From positions 4,712,001 to 4,776,000 of the forward strand of contig JAYWIR010000003.1 in assembly GCA_036172245.1 (NCBI GenBank): a DNA stretch of 64,000 nt, given 5' to 3'. The notes below the pieces were generated by a model, which did no database searches, was not told the DNA's origin, and saw nothing but the letters and a program-made list of their open reading frames with translations. Made by a program: the position numbers and the translations under genes. This document shows, piece by piece, positions 13,401 through 25,599 of the stretch (its first letter is position 1; each line of letters opens with the position of its first letter). The DNA comes from Raillietiella orientalis (lineage: Eukaryota).

Positions 13401-16400
13401 CGAGACGACGGCGGCGAAGCGTGCGATGGATCTCGTGGGGACCCGTCCCACGCACCTTCGATCACAACCTGAGGAGGGGAGGAAGAAAGGGGCCCCATTG
13501 GACGAGAGCCCCGGGGGGGGTTCCGGAAAAGTTTCGCCCTTGCCACGCCAAGCTCCGGTAGCGTTGCGCGCTCCTTTCCCTCTCCTAGCAGCCGACGCGG
13601 CACTCCTGGCTCTTGTTCCTCATCGCGTTAGGGCGGGGTGCGCGGCGAGCCAGGGTCCAGAGGTCGCCAGGAAGCCTCCCAGCCGTGCCGCCCCGGTTCG
13701 GCAGTGGCGCCTGCCGTCCACGTCCCTCGAGTACGCTTTCGTTTGGTGCTGCTTGCGCTCCAGCGTCCCCGGAGCGGTTCGTTCCGAACATCTCCGACGC
13801 CCGGAGGGTGGATGAGCGCGCTGGGGCCGCCTATCCGAGCGGGACCTTTCACTCGGATCTCCCTGGCGCACCCCTCTATCCAGAGCTGCAGCTCCATCCC
13901 GCAGTGGCGGAACCGCGCTGCCGTCCGGGTTGGATTGCTGCCCTGCGGGAGTGCGCCGAGTTTTTCGGCAGTGCCGGAAATGGGGGAGGGGAGGAGAGGC
14001 AGAGTGGCACCCGGGAGACACCAGGCGGGGAGGACACGTCTGCCTCCTGCGCGTGCGTGCGTGCGCGCGCGCCATATGTGGAGAAGAGCAGCAGCAGCAG
14101 CGTGGCGGCGAACGGCGACGGATCACCGGCTATCCGGAATGGCTATCGACGCCGGTGGCGCCCCCGGCGGCACCGTTGCGCCCATTCCAGATGAGAGGCT
14201 GCCTTCCTCTCGCTCCGGGCTGTGCGCGCGAATTTTTTCGGTGGGTTGTACGTTGCCGCTTCACGGTAAGGAGGAGGAAGGGGGAGGGAGGGCAAGTCCG
14301 GCGCTTTGCTGGCCGGCGGCCTTCTTTTGCTCTCCCTTCGGGCAACTTCACTGCTGTTGCGCCCCCATCCTCCCTCTCCGATTTCACCCGTTTCTTCCTT
14401 GTATTTGATCGTCCAAGAGAGACCCCTGTGCTCAGTGGCGCAAGCGCCACCCTCTCCGTTCCGACTGGAGCGCATGCATTGGCTGCCCGGTTGTTTTTTC
14501 CTTTTTTTTCTTTTTACCGTCGGCTCAAGTGGCGCGCCTCCGCCTTCTGCGGAGCGACTGCTCGGCGCGAAGCAGCGGCGGCGGCGGCGGCTGCTCACCG
14601 AGTCTGGGGAGAGTCTCCTTGGCAACGACGCGTGCGCCGGTGCCTCTGTGCACGCGCGCGTCCCGGTAGCCCTTTCGCTCGTCCCGCTGGCGAGTGCCGG
14701 CGAGCGAGAGAGCACGTGCGCGGGAATGTCTGCCCTTCCTCCTCCCCGTCGCACCCCCTTCGCTGACCCCTGGAATCCATCCCATCCTCCGCGCGTCGAC
14801 TATCCTCGCACTGCCGAGAGGCAGCACGCGTCTCTGCCTGTTCTGCTGCCGCTCGGAGAGGAGTAGCAGGTGTCAGCTGCTGGACTCGGAGGAGCCTTTC
14901 TTCTTCCCTTCGCGCGCTGTTGCCCCTGGGTTGAGGGACGGGCGCTCCCCTTTCCACGGCAGACTGATCGCCCCCCTGTTAACTTTGAGAAGCGCCCGTC
15001 CCGTGGGGAGGGTGACGAATGTATCCCTATGCACCCGTCCCCCCTCCTGCCCGCACGCCTCGATACCCCGGTCTGCCGGGTTCTAGTGCGAGGCGGGGGG
15101 AGGAAGAGGAGGAGGAGGTTGCAACACTCCGCGATTCTCCCCCCCCCCTCCTCCCCTTCTTCTGGAAGAGGAATTCTTCGCTGCCGCATGGGGGAGCGCG
15201 CGATCTCGTGCCGCCTGCGCCGGCCGCCACGCCTTCTTTTCCCCCTTCCCGATCGAAGAGTCCTGCGGAGTTCCCTCCCAAGGTCGCCGCCTCACGTTCT
15301 CGCGCTCCTTCCTCGCGCATCAGGAGTTCCCTTTCTCCCTCGGGAATTTCCTGGAAGGAGACGTCTATCCACCCCCTCTCCTCCCTCCCTCCCTCCCCTC
15401 TTCCGCCCCTTCGTTCCCCCGTCTTCCAGCGGGAGCAGCCGCCGCGAAGCTCCCTCTGCGCTTCTTCCCCGTGATCAGGCGCAAAAGGGGGAGGAGGGAG
15501 CGATCGCGACGAGTCCCCGCCCTGTACCCCATACCACGAGCTTCAGTCGCCCCCTCTCCCCCGTTCCGTCTCCCCCGCGTGCGTGCCCGAGATTCCTTTC
15601 GATCCGCCTGGGGCGGGAAGGCAGCGCGCAATTGCGAGCGTCCTCGGCTCTTCCCTTTCTTCTCTACCAGCTCTCTTTTTCGGGCTGGACTTCCGCCGGA
15701 GGCCGCCGGAAGCACCTTCTCGCGTTTCCTGGTCGCCGCGTGGGGCCCGACGCTCCCTCGGGAGCAGCCGTTCCAGCCCCGCGGGTTTCCGTGTCCCGTC
15801 GTACTTTGCTTTTTGTGGATTCCTCCCTTCGCAAGGCACGTCGCCCGGAGGGGAAGGGAGGGCTCACACCCGGGGAATCTTGAGGCCCCTGGGCGACTCT
15901 TGGTCAAAGCTGACACGCCGCCGGTGGTTCTTCCTCCCGCGTGGCTGCTCGGGCGACAGGCGTACGAGTAGGCGTCGTTCGGGCGGGTGTCCCGCGACGG
16001 CGGCGGTGAGGGCGCAGCGCCCTTCTCTCTGCAGCACCTCGTCCCCTTCCCTGCTCGATGCCAGCGAGCTATGCCGCCCGCCACCTCAGGGAGCACCTGT
16101 CGTCGCACCTGTGACCCAGAAGGAACCGCAAGGGTCCCAGGGCGCCCCGGCTTCCCTCCCGCTCTGCTGTGCCTCGTCGTTGGGCTCGCCTTCGGGGTCG
16201 CTGCTCCCTTCGCCCTCCTTTTTTGGCTTCCGCTCTGAGTTGGCGGCGCTCCCGCCTGGCACGAGTGCCCGTGCGTATCCTCTCCCGGAGTGGGAGAGGG
16301 GATCCCGGTGGCGCTGCCGCTACGCTCGCCTCCGAAGACGCGTCTGGACCCGGAGTCGCTTCTCGAGTGGGCCGTTGGCACCTCTGTTGAGCCTGCCGTG

Positions 16401-19400
16401 CCATGCTGTTTCGACCAGGAAAGAACGATGCCGCCCAGAAAGGTGCCGTTGCCGCCACCGGTGCAACCGCGCAAACTCGCCTCCTCACCGACGGCGCCAC
16501 CCACTTACCACTGCTTTCGAGCGAGAACCCATCGGTCCTTCCACCCGCCCCGGGCTTCGCGTGTCCGACCGTCGGTGGCGCTCCTTTCGCCCGGGAAGCT
16601 CAGCGACCCTTCCATCCGTTTTCCAGCAGCGCCATGGGAGGAGAGGAGGAACCCCATCTGCGAAAGTGAAAGATGCAGAGCTTCCCTGAACCCTCTCCTA
16701 CTCATGGTTGCTCCAGGATGCTGCAGGCTTCCCTCCGTACAAGGTCGGTGGATCCGACCATCGAGCACAGCCTCTTTTTTCTCAGGCACTCCGATCCCTA
16801 CCCCCCTCTCTTTCCTGCTTTAGTCATGTATGGCAACCCTTCAAGTCAGGGGCCCGCGGGCGGGGGATCACTCTGAGCGAGTTACTGCCACTCGTTCGGC
16901 ATTCGCGCCGCCTGACCTCCCACAGGCAACTCCGGCAAACGGCCGGGAGATAATGCCTCGCCTGTTCACGGAACCTCTTAGAAAAACAACTAAGGAAAAG
17001 GGAGACGGGGTGAGCGGTGAGCTGCAGGAGGCATCTCCTTCATAGTTCGAGGGATGTGTCAGGAAGCACCGATGCTCAAGTAGGGACCACCAAGGACTAG
17101 GCGGTCTCTCGCTCGCATAGCTGCGGGAAGAGGGGGAGGAGGAAGATTGCAGAAGACAGCTTTTCCCCTCCCCCCCCCCCACCATGACAGGTGTCGTGCC
17201 GGGAGGTAGAGGGGGGGGAGATTGCATCAGACAGCTTCCCCCCTCCCCACCGCCACGACAGGTGTCGTGACGGGAGGAAGAGGAGGGGGCGTATTAAATA
17301 GAAGAGCGGCAGTAGTTCGAAACACTCGGGACGCGGCGGGTGCTGCTGCTGCTGCTCCCAGACTCGACAAGATGAAATTTGGGAATCCTTGGAAGCGCTC
17401 CAAGACCCGCCTCCCTGCCCGACGCGACGGTTTTCGTTCGTGCGCACGACCCGGAACGATGAGGCGGAGTGCCCCTTTCCTTACCCCAATACCCGGAAGT
17501 TGTGGTACCCTTCTCCGCACGGGACGCCCACCCCCGTGCTTCGTGTACCGAGGCCAGCCTCAACCAGCCCCCGAGACGTTTGGGAGGTTTGCGACGTATT
17601 GGCGAGGATCTTGTTGGTCTGACAGATGCATTTTACGGGTACCAGGTTTTTTCTTTTTTGTTCTCCCCCCTCTTGCGTCTTTCCCTATTCCCCCCCCCCC
17701 TCCCGTTCGTGTCTGTTCTCCCAGGCTGCCGCCAGAGGGAGGTCCTCGACAAGAGAGAGGGTGTCCTGGCGATGGACTGCACGAAGCCATGCAAGTCTCC
17801 CCTTTTGCGCCCAGGGATGCATAGTGCACATTCCTTTCCATAGTGCACCAGCCTCTCCCCGCTCGCCTAGGGGCATTTCTACCTCCCTTCCCCGGGTGGA
17901 TTTTTGATTTCCTCTCGCCCTTTCGACTGGCTCGATCACTGCTCGCATGCCCAGCTTCCGGCTCTGCACTGGAGACGCAGACACTTGTTACTCTCCGTGA
18001 GAATAGAATGCCACTCGGGAAGGGAGGGGGGAGGGGATAGAATGCTCACGGGCGTGCTTTACTTTGCGATGGCGCAGTATAAGGGGTCTTTCGAGAGCCC
18101 TGGACCGGCGCATACTTGACCGTTGAGGACCCCTTGTGCATCCTCCCTCAGCAGCAGCAGCAACAGAGCGCTGGTTGTTTTCACGTTTGCTCTTTGCATT
18201 TCCTAGGGATGGGGATGAGGGAGGCTGAGTGGTCAGCAGCACCGCACCGCCACTTTTTTCTTTGTTTTTTTTGCAGCCCATCAGTCAGTGGTCTTGCGCC
18301 AACGTCATCGAGTGGATGGCCTCCGTGAATCTGTACACTTTTGCGGAGCTCTTCAAGGCGAAGTCCATCAAGGGCGCCGACCTGATGTACCTGGACAGGG
18401 AGCGTCTGCTGGTGAGCAACTGCCCTTCGTGCGCGCTTCCGTGATCGACGGACGGTTTCCCTTCTCCCTTCCCTCCCCTCCTCATCACCTCCCTGCTCGT
18501 ATTCCTCGTCCTCGTCCCCTGCCACCCCATCTACTCGCCCCTTTCGCCCTCCTCCCTGTTCTTTCCATCCACCCCCCTTCCCCGTGATCACAGAACATGG
18601 GCATCAAAGACGAGTTTCACCAGCAGGCCATAATGACCTGCATCAACGAGCTGCTTCAAGGCCAACCAGAGAAGCCCGAGTTCTCCCTGCAGCCCCTTTC
18701 CTCTTCCGACATCCGGCACGTGCTCACGGAGGCTAGCTTCTCCAAGATGGAGACGTGCCAGAAGTGCCAGCAGTACCTGCGAGGTATCTTTCACCAGGGC
18801 TTCCTTTGCCAAGGTCAGTGGAAAAGAGGGGGTAGGGGGATTTTTTGTTGCTTCCGCGGGCGAGCACGGACGGTCCTCTTCGCCTTCTTTCTCTTGCAGA
18901 GTGCGGCAAGATTTACCACCGTACGTGCACAACCACCGGACTGCCCCCATGCCAGCCGCAGGATTCGACCTCCGCACCATTTATATCCGTGTTCGGAGTC
19001 CCCTTGTGCACTCAGGTGCAGCCTGGCCGCCAGGTGCCTCTGGCTCTGTCGAGGTGCATCCAGGAGGTGGAACACAAGGCCTTCACCCTGCCCACCCTCG
19101 ACCTGTACCGCATCTACCGAAACCCCACCGCCTCCGATAAGAAGGAGCAGCTGGTGCGAGCACTGCGCGAAGGTGAGCCGCCGTGGCGCACGCCACTCTG
19201 CCGTGAACCCCACCCCCTCGCCACCCTTTTGTGAAGATCCCGCCAAGTGCGACCTGCAGCAGTTTGACGTGTACCTGCTGGGAGCGGTCATCAAGAAATA
19301 CCTCCGCGAGCTGCCCGACCCCGTGATACCCGTCCTGTGGTACGACAGGTTTCTGGACGCAGCAAGTGAGTTGAGGGTGGTCCCAGTGCGTTGCTCAAGG

Positions 19401-21250
19401 AATGACGACGCTCTCCCTTTTTTCCTTCCCCACCACCCTTTCCTGCTGCAGAGATCCGCAACGATGACCAGTGCGGCTCTTGTCTGTACAAGCTAGCGCT
19501 GCAGCTGCCCGACGCCCACCGCGCTACTCTGCGCCATCTTATGCAGCACTTCTGCCGACTGTGCACCATGAACTTCGCCAGGGGGTACGTCAACGTGCCC
19601 CTGCTGTTGTATCAGGCCTTCGCCTACGTCCTCCTCCGTCCTCCGTGGGAGAAGATCATGTAAGAAGGCGCTCCGCCCGCGCACAGAAGTTGATGTCGTT
19701 GGGTGCTTTCCGTTTGCTTCCCTCTTTTTTCAACCGACGCCCCAACAGCCCTTTCCTTCCTTTTGCAGCCAGATCGTCCACAACATGGACTCCCACGTGA
19801 GGATCGTGGAGCTGCTGCTGACGCGCGGCCACTGGGACGAACCCATCCCGCAGTTCATTGACGAGGCCCCGCAGCTGCCGCCCCGCAAGCCCGTCGTTGG
19901 CAGCTCCTCCGTGAACCATCCCGCGGCGGCGGCGGCTGCTGCTGCTGCGGCTGCTGCCGCCGCCGCCGCCGCGGCAGCAGCAGCAGCGTCCGAAGAGAGA
20001 CTGGGACCCAGCAAGGATCTCCAGGAAGCCGAGTGGTACTGGGGCAGCATAAGCAAGTGAGGAAGAGAAAAAGAGGAAAGGAGACTTATGACCTTCCGCC
20101 TTCGTTCCCTTCCAGGGAAGAGGTGAACGAAAAGCTGCGCGACATGCCCGACGGTTCCTTCCTGGTGCGGGACGCGACCTCCAAGAGCGGCGAGTACACG
20201 CTGACGCTGCGGCACAACGGCACCAACCGCCTCATCCGCATTTACCAGCGTGGAGGCCGGTTCGGCTTCAGGGAGCCGTGCACGTTCCACTCGGTGGTTG
20301 ACCTGGTCCAGGAGCACCGCGGGCGCTCTCTGTCGCTGTACAACCAGATGCTGGACGTGCGGCTGTCCCACCCAGTGAGCAGGTTCGGCCCGTGCCCGGA
20401 GAAGGAGCTGGCCAGCGACGCGCTGCTGTCCAAGCTCCAGGAGAGCAACGTACGATACGCGGACGTCTACCGCATCTACGAGGACGTGTACGAGACGTAC
20501 GAGCGGGAGGTCGAGAACCTACGCAACCTGCGGGAGGCCCAGGAGGCCTTCCGCAACCTGGCGGCCATGTTCCGGGAGCAGAGGGAGCTGCTGGACGCCT
20601 TCGGAAAGTACGCGGAGACGAGCGAGGAACAGGAGCGCGTTCAGGACAACCTGCGGCTGCAGCTGGAGCGCCACGGCGTGCTGCTGCAGCAGCTGCACAA
20701 GGTGGACGCCGAGGTGTCCAGCAAGGTCACTTTCCTGAAGGTGCTCACCCGCGAGGTGCACGGCCGCAAGATGGAGCTCAGCTCGCTCACGAAGACTCGC
20801 GAGCGCCTGTCCATGCTGCTGCGCAGCCGAGGCCTCGACCCTGGTCACTCGGACCTGCCCGTCGACCTCCGAAAAGAGCCCTTCCCGGACCCGCTCGCCC
20901 CCCCGGACCTGCATCTGCAAGACACGTGGTACCTCCCCCAGTGCACACGCCAGCAGGCCGAGCTCCTGCTCCAGGGCCAACCGGACGGCACGTTCCTGGT
21001 CCGGCCTAGCCGACAGTCCGGGCAGCTGGCCCTTTCTCTCGTCTGCGGCGGCATCGTCAACCACTGCATAATCTACCGGACAGAACGCGGCTGTGGCTTC
21101 GCCGAGCCCTACCTGCCCTTCAGCTCCCTGGGCTCCCTCGTCCTGTACTACTCCACCCACACGCTCGCCGAGCACAACCCGGCCCTCCAGACGACGCTCC
21201 TCTATCCCGTGTACGGATCGGGCCACTTCACGACCTCTTCCATTCTGTGA
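10443..21250 (+). CDS. PIK3R1: Class IA phosphatidylinositol 3-kinase regulatory subunit (p85-like), C1-SAM-C1-RhoGAP-SH2-iSH2-SH2; 5'-partial
   Basis: Phase-compatible GT-AG exons assembled by hand: 10443-10490 ([15 protein letters not shown]), 12349-12452 ([10 protein letters not shown]...TIDKQV), 18277-18411 ([23 protein letters not shown]), 18594-18813 and 18900-19172 (C1: H...[29 protein letters not shown]; then VFGVPL RhoGAP start), 19237-19365 ([13 protein letters not shown]), 19452-19659 (LLRPPWE), 19769-20056 ([15 protein letters not shown]), 20116-21250 ([21 protein letters not shown] nSH2; coiled coil; DGTFLVRPS...GFAEPY cSH2; TGA). AATAAA at 21376. Confidence 0.92.
11681..11740. 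repeat. Compound tetranucleotide microsatellite (ACGC)n-(GGAC)n
   Basis: Directly visible ACGC run followed by a GGAC run. Confidence 0.9.
17144..17289. repeat. Two-copy ~75-bp tandem duplication with internal palindrome (PI3K intron)
   Basis: The unit AGATTGCA..AGACAGCTT-Cn-CA(T/C)GACAGGTGTCGTG-.CGGGAGG.AGAGG-Gn starts at 17144 and again at 17219. Confidence 0.8.
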
Positions 21251-21375
21251 TAAGAACGAGACGAGAGGGAGGTACAAAAGGCGAATCCCCTCCTGCCCTC
21301 TCTCTTCCCCCACCTTACCCCTCCCCTCCCCCTCTCCCCCTCAAAAAACAACAAGAAAAAAACCGCGCGTTTTCT

Positions 21376-21381
21376 AATAAA
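21376..21381 (+). terminator. Polyadenylation signal of the PI3K regulatory subunit gene
   Basis: Canonical AATAAA about 125 nt after the TGA stop at 21250. Confidence 0.6.
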
Positions 21382-24116
21382 AGAGGCAAGCTATTTATAA
21401 CTGGTGGCCGCTTTCCGCCCTTCGGGGAGAAGGTCGTGGGGAAAGAGGGCGCGATGCCCTCTGTCCCGGTCGCCGGACGAAGAAAGGCGGCACCAGCAGG
21501 TGGCCGACGTGGTCTCCGCTGCCGCCGCGCGTCGAAAGGAGGATACTGTTTTTTTTTTCTCTCTCTCTCTCTCTCCTCACGGATCTGACATTCATCTCCC
21601 CTTCCCCCCTCCCGCTGTTGCTGCGCGCTCGAGGCACGCGGGATAGCTGGGTAGGTAGTACTGGAGGATGGCTAGCGGAAGCCGAAAGGCGCCCCCAGGC
21701 AAGAGCAGAGCCGGGGAGGGGAGGGGTCACATAGGAAAAGTTCGCTGCCTACCTGGCGTCGGTCGAGCGGTGTTCGCGCGGACGCTCGCACCCCGATCCT
21801 CGATTAGGGCGGCTTCCGGAAGCGCTTCCTGGTTGCTACGGAAGATACCCAAGACCCCGCCCCGAAGCAGCGATACTGGAGAGCGCGAAACGGTAACGTG
21901 GGAACCCGTCGTCGCTGGCGAGGCCGGAAGGAAGTCGCAAAGAAAGCAGCGGTGCACGTCGCCGCTGTGCTGCAGCTTGAGGCTATCGCGGCGCGCTGCT
22001 GCAAACAGGCGGGAGCAGTGTTGTTGTCCAGCCGCTGGAAGTGGGAGCCCAGCGCCATCGGAGCGATGGCGCCACGGAGCTGCGCTTGTCTTGCTTCGGT
22101 TCCGCGAGCGAGCGCGCCCTCTGTCCATCTCTGCCACGTCATCTTGCGTGCGTGCACTGCCCTCTTCTACCGCACAGTCGTGCCGCCGTTGCGCCCCCCC
22201 CCTCCTTTTTAGCCCCCACGAGGAAGCGTTTCGATGTCGGCTGGCTTCGCTCCGTTGGACGGGGCATCCCCTTGCCCTCTGGGATAGGGCACAGGACGGG
22301 AAGGAAAGGGCTCGGCCGGCAGAAGGCGTTGCATGGGATTTCGGAGAGCTGGAGAGTTCCAGCGTCTCGTCCTCCTATCGGGCAAGAAGCAGCCGAACCT
22401 CTCTCCCTTTCTCCTGCGTGTGGCGAGAGCGCTCCCAGCTTCCCAAACCCTTTCGACTACTTTTCGGGTGATCGTCTCTGCTTCCCCTCTTCTCACCTCG
22501 TCGCGGACCGTGGCAACCGCAGCAGCTACGGGCGCAGAGACTCACCCCCTTCCTTCCTTCTCTCTCTTCCGAGACCAGAGGCGACTGTTGCTCGCCCCTA
22601 GCGCGTGCATGAAACGCGGACACCGCCGCGGAGGCGGAGGCGGCGACTCCTGGCTGTGCAGTTTCCGCCGCCTCGCCTGCGTGTACACCGCCGGAAGCCT
22701 CGGAAAGGTGGTGGCGGGGCGTTTGCGCGCTCATGCGTATATGCGCATTGCTTCTACCGCTGTCCCCCCTCCCCCCCCCCCATCCCTTAGTAGGGAAACC
22801 GGTAGGGGGTCGGATGGAGAGGAATCAGGAACTGCTTGCTGTCCCCCCCATCGCCGTGATCCCTTCCTTTGCCACCGCACGCCTCTTTTTTCTCTTGCTG
22901 CGTCCCCGTGATCCGAGCTGCCTCCAGGCGATTTCCTCCCTCTGCCTGAATGGCCTCGGGCCTTCTCCGGTGAAGTAGCAAAGCGCTCGGAGGACTGCGC
23001 GCGGAACCGCTGCTGGGGGAAAGGAGCAATCCGTCGTGCGCCCTCCATCCTTCCCTCTGCCCACCAGGCGGCAGCACACGGGAAAGCCGGGCTTCCACGG
23101 TAAGAGAGCGGGCAAGGATGGCGCTTCCCGGTCTCCGGCGGTTCCGGCAGACGCGCTGGACACCGGTCAAAGCGGGCCGCCGATGCTTAGCTGCTAGCCG
23201 GCGGCGAGGACAGCGACCCCTCTTCGTTCGCGGTCTCTTCCGTCTCTGCTGCTGACCCCCTCCCCCCCCCCCCCCCCTCCCTCAGCCGCCGCCGTCTGCT
23301 CTCCCGTGGCAGCGACGAAGTCTCCGTTGACTCACCCCGCGCGATACGATGAGCCTCGGAGACGACGGGAAGCCACTGATGTCTTAGGGAGAGTCGGCAG
23401 AGAGGAGGATATGCAGGGCGAACCGCCCCCTCTCCTCGACGAAGGCTTTCCCTTCGTCTCCAGACGAGGGAAGCGCCCTCTTCAGGGAGGAAGGAGCAGG
23501 GACATGGAAGTGGTCCGGGCTCGGGGAGCGGGGGCACTCCTTTCGCACTGGCACCAGCGCAGCGGAACGGCCTCGCGGCGCCCGATCTTCCCGGAAGCGG
23601 TTCGCACGGGGGTGCGGTTTGGGAGGGCCCGGCAAACCGATCCGTGCGGCGAACCCTGGGGCGGCGGGTGGGTGTCGCTTATGGCTGGAAGCAACAGGCG
23701 AATGGCTCCTCCCACGCCCCCTCCTCAAGGGTCTCACCGTCCTTTCCCCGAGGGGGTCACGAACCCCTAGTCCCTCCTTGAAGGTCCGTCTGCCTCTCTA
23801 CGCGCAGAGTGCAAGCACCTTTTTGAAAGACACGTTGCGGGGTGGCGCCGTCTGCGAGAGACCAACGGCTGCAACTGACCACGTGATCGGAGGGAAGCAC
23901 GCAGCGGTCTTTCAGCGAGATCGTAGGTGGGAGTCTCCCATCTTCGTCTCCCGAGGGCAAGCAGCATGACGAAGCGGAGAAGAGGCGCGACACCCGTTCC
24001 TGGCTTCCTTCCAGCTGCCCGGTGCCGGTGCAGAATGCACCCTTTTTGTTTGTTTCCGTTCGATCCTCTGCCGGCGACTGCCTCCGCTCAGTTTTCCGAT
24101 CAGTCATCGTCCCACC

Positions 24117-24153
24117 GGGGGGGGGGGGGGGGGGGGGGAGAGAGAGAGAGAGA
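24117..24153. repeat. G homopolymer (~22 nt) followed by (AG)n
   Basis: Directly visible; the longest G run noticed in the window. Confidence 0.9.
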
Positions 24154-25599
24154 AAGGAAAGCGCTTCAAAGATGGCCCTTGTTCTCTTCCCAGGTTGACC
24201 GTGGCTCCTCCATTCACCAGGACTTCCATCCAGAAACCGTGGAGTTTTTCCCAAGAGCAACCAAGACGTGTGTTGTGGGAAAGGAAGGAAGGAAGAAAAA
24301 AAAGAGTTGTTGGTTGTGCGCACGCGTCCCCATCCTGCGATTCGATGAGCATCCGACACAACTGCCTGCGCTGCTCGCGGGCACACATCCGGCACGCGGA
24401 GTACAAGAAGCCACGGCAGCACGAGAACCCTGCATCCCCTCCCTCGGCTCTTCTCCTCCTTCGCGCGCCCCTCCGCTCCCTGTCTGTCCCCTCGGAACAG
24501 GGAGAGGAGCGCCGCTCTCCGGGGCGCGGCGGCGCCGGCGCACGCGCAAAGCCTTCGTGCGGGCGAGTGCGCCCGCGATGTACACCCCAGGCTCCGAGTA
24601 CAAAAAAAAACGAGCGGATGCCGTGTACTACTTAACACGTACGGAATCGCGAGCACGCGTGCGCGCGCGGCGGATCCATGCTTGCTCCACAGGTGCTCTG
24701 CGCACTCGCACAATGTACGTACTGTACACACGCGAGCGGATGGAGCACGCGATCGGGGGGGGAAGGAAAAACGAAGATGGCGGCCGCCCGAGCATTGTTG
24801 AGCGGTCCACGCGGTCGAATCGCTGCGGCCGCCATTTGCTTTCCGAGCGTTGCAGCTCTGCCGTTGTTCCGCTCATGCAGATAAGGCGATGGTCGGAAAG
24901 CGGACCATTGCGACGCCCCTCCCCCCCTCCCCCTCCTCCTACGCAGTGTCCCTTTCGGGTGCGTTCCGCGAAGAACAGATTTCCTCCTGCTTGGGATTTT
25001 TGCTGTCCTTCGGTGAATCCTTTCCCCCCTCGCATGTACGCCTCTACTCATTTTCTTCGTGACGTCAGCGTGTTCTCGAAGGATTATCCCACTCCTAATT
25101 TATCTTTGACATTTTTATCTTCTTGATTACGGGGCATCTTTGTGTCTCGCATTTATTTTGCTCCGCGTTTCCGCTACGAGGCGTAATGTGACAGAGCGTC
25201 ACGAAACGTGCCTATTGGCTGTCCGGGGCGATTCTGATCTGCGCTCCCAATTCGAACATTCTGGAGCGTTCCAAACGTTTTCCCGGCGGCTCCTGCGACC
25301 TTGTTCTACAGAGAACCGCCTCCCCCCCCCCTCTCTCTCCCCACTCGCCATCACTTTTCCCTCGCTATCGATCTGTCCTTCCCGTTAGAGCAAAGGCGTT
25401 TACGGTCTCTATTTTTCCCGTCTTTACGGAAGGCGATGGGGAGGGAGGGAGGAGATTCGTTTCCGTGATGCGGGCGCCAGACGTTCTTGCGATCGTGCCA
25501 GATTTGCTCATCCACGGCAGGATTCGGGAGCTCGTGACGGAGCGGCGGGAGACCTACCCATTCGCGGGGAGCAGGGGTGGAGGGATCACCGACTCCTAG

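Noticed and set aside
17144..17289. CRISPR-like repeat-spacer array
   Set aside because: There are only two units and the whole unit is duplicated with no unique spacers. The context is eukaryotic and has no cas genes.
18042..18119. [15 protein letters not shown], superficially like the start of the p85 SH3 domain
   Set aside because: It hits a stop after 25 codons, has no WxxG/GxFP motifs, and lies inside the intron downstream of the first C1 exons.
20392..21313. Long overlapping and antisense ORFs (205 aa, 264 aa) over the SH2 exon
   Set aside because: These are shadow ORFs caused by strong GC3 codon bias.
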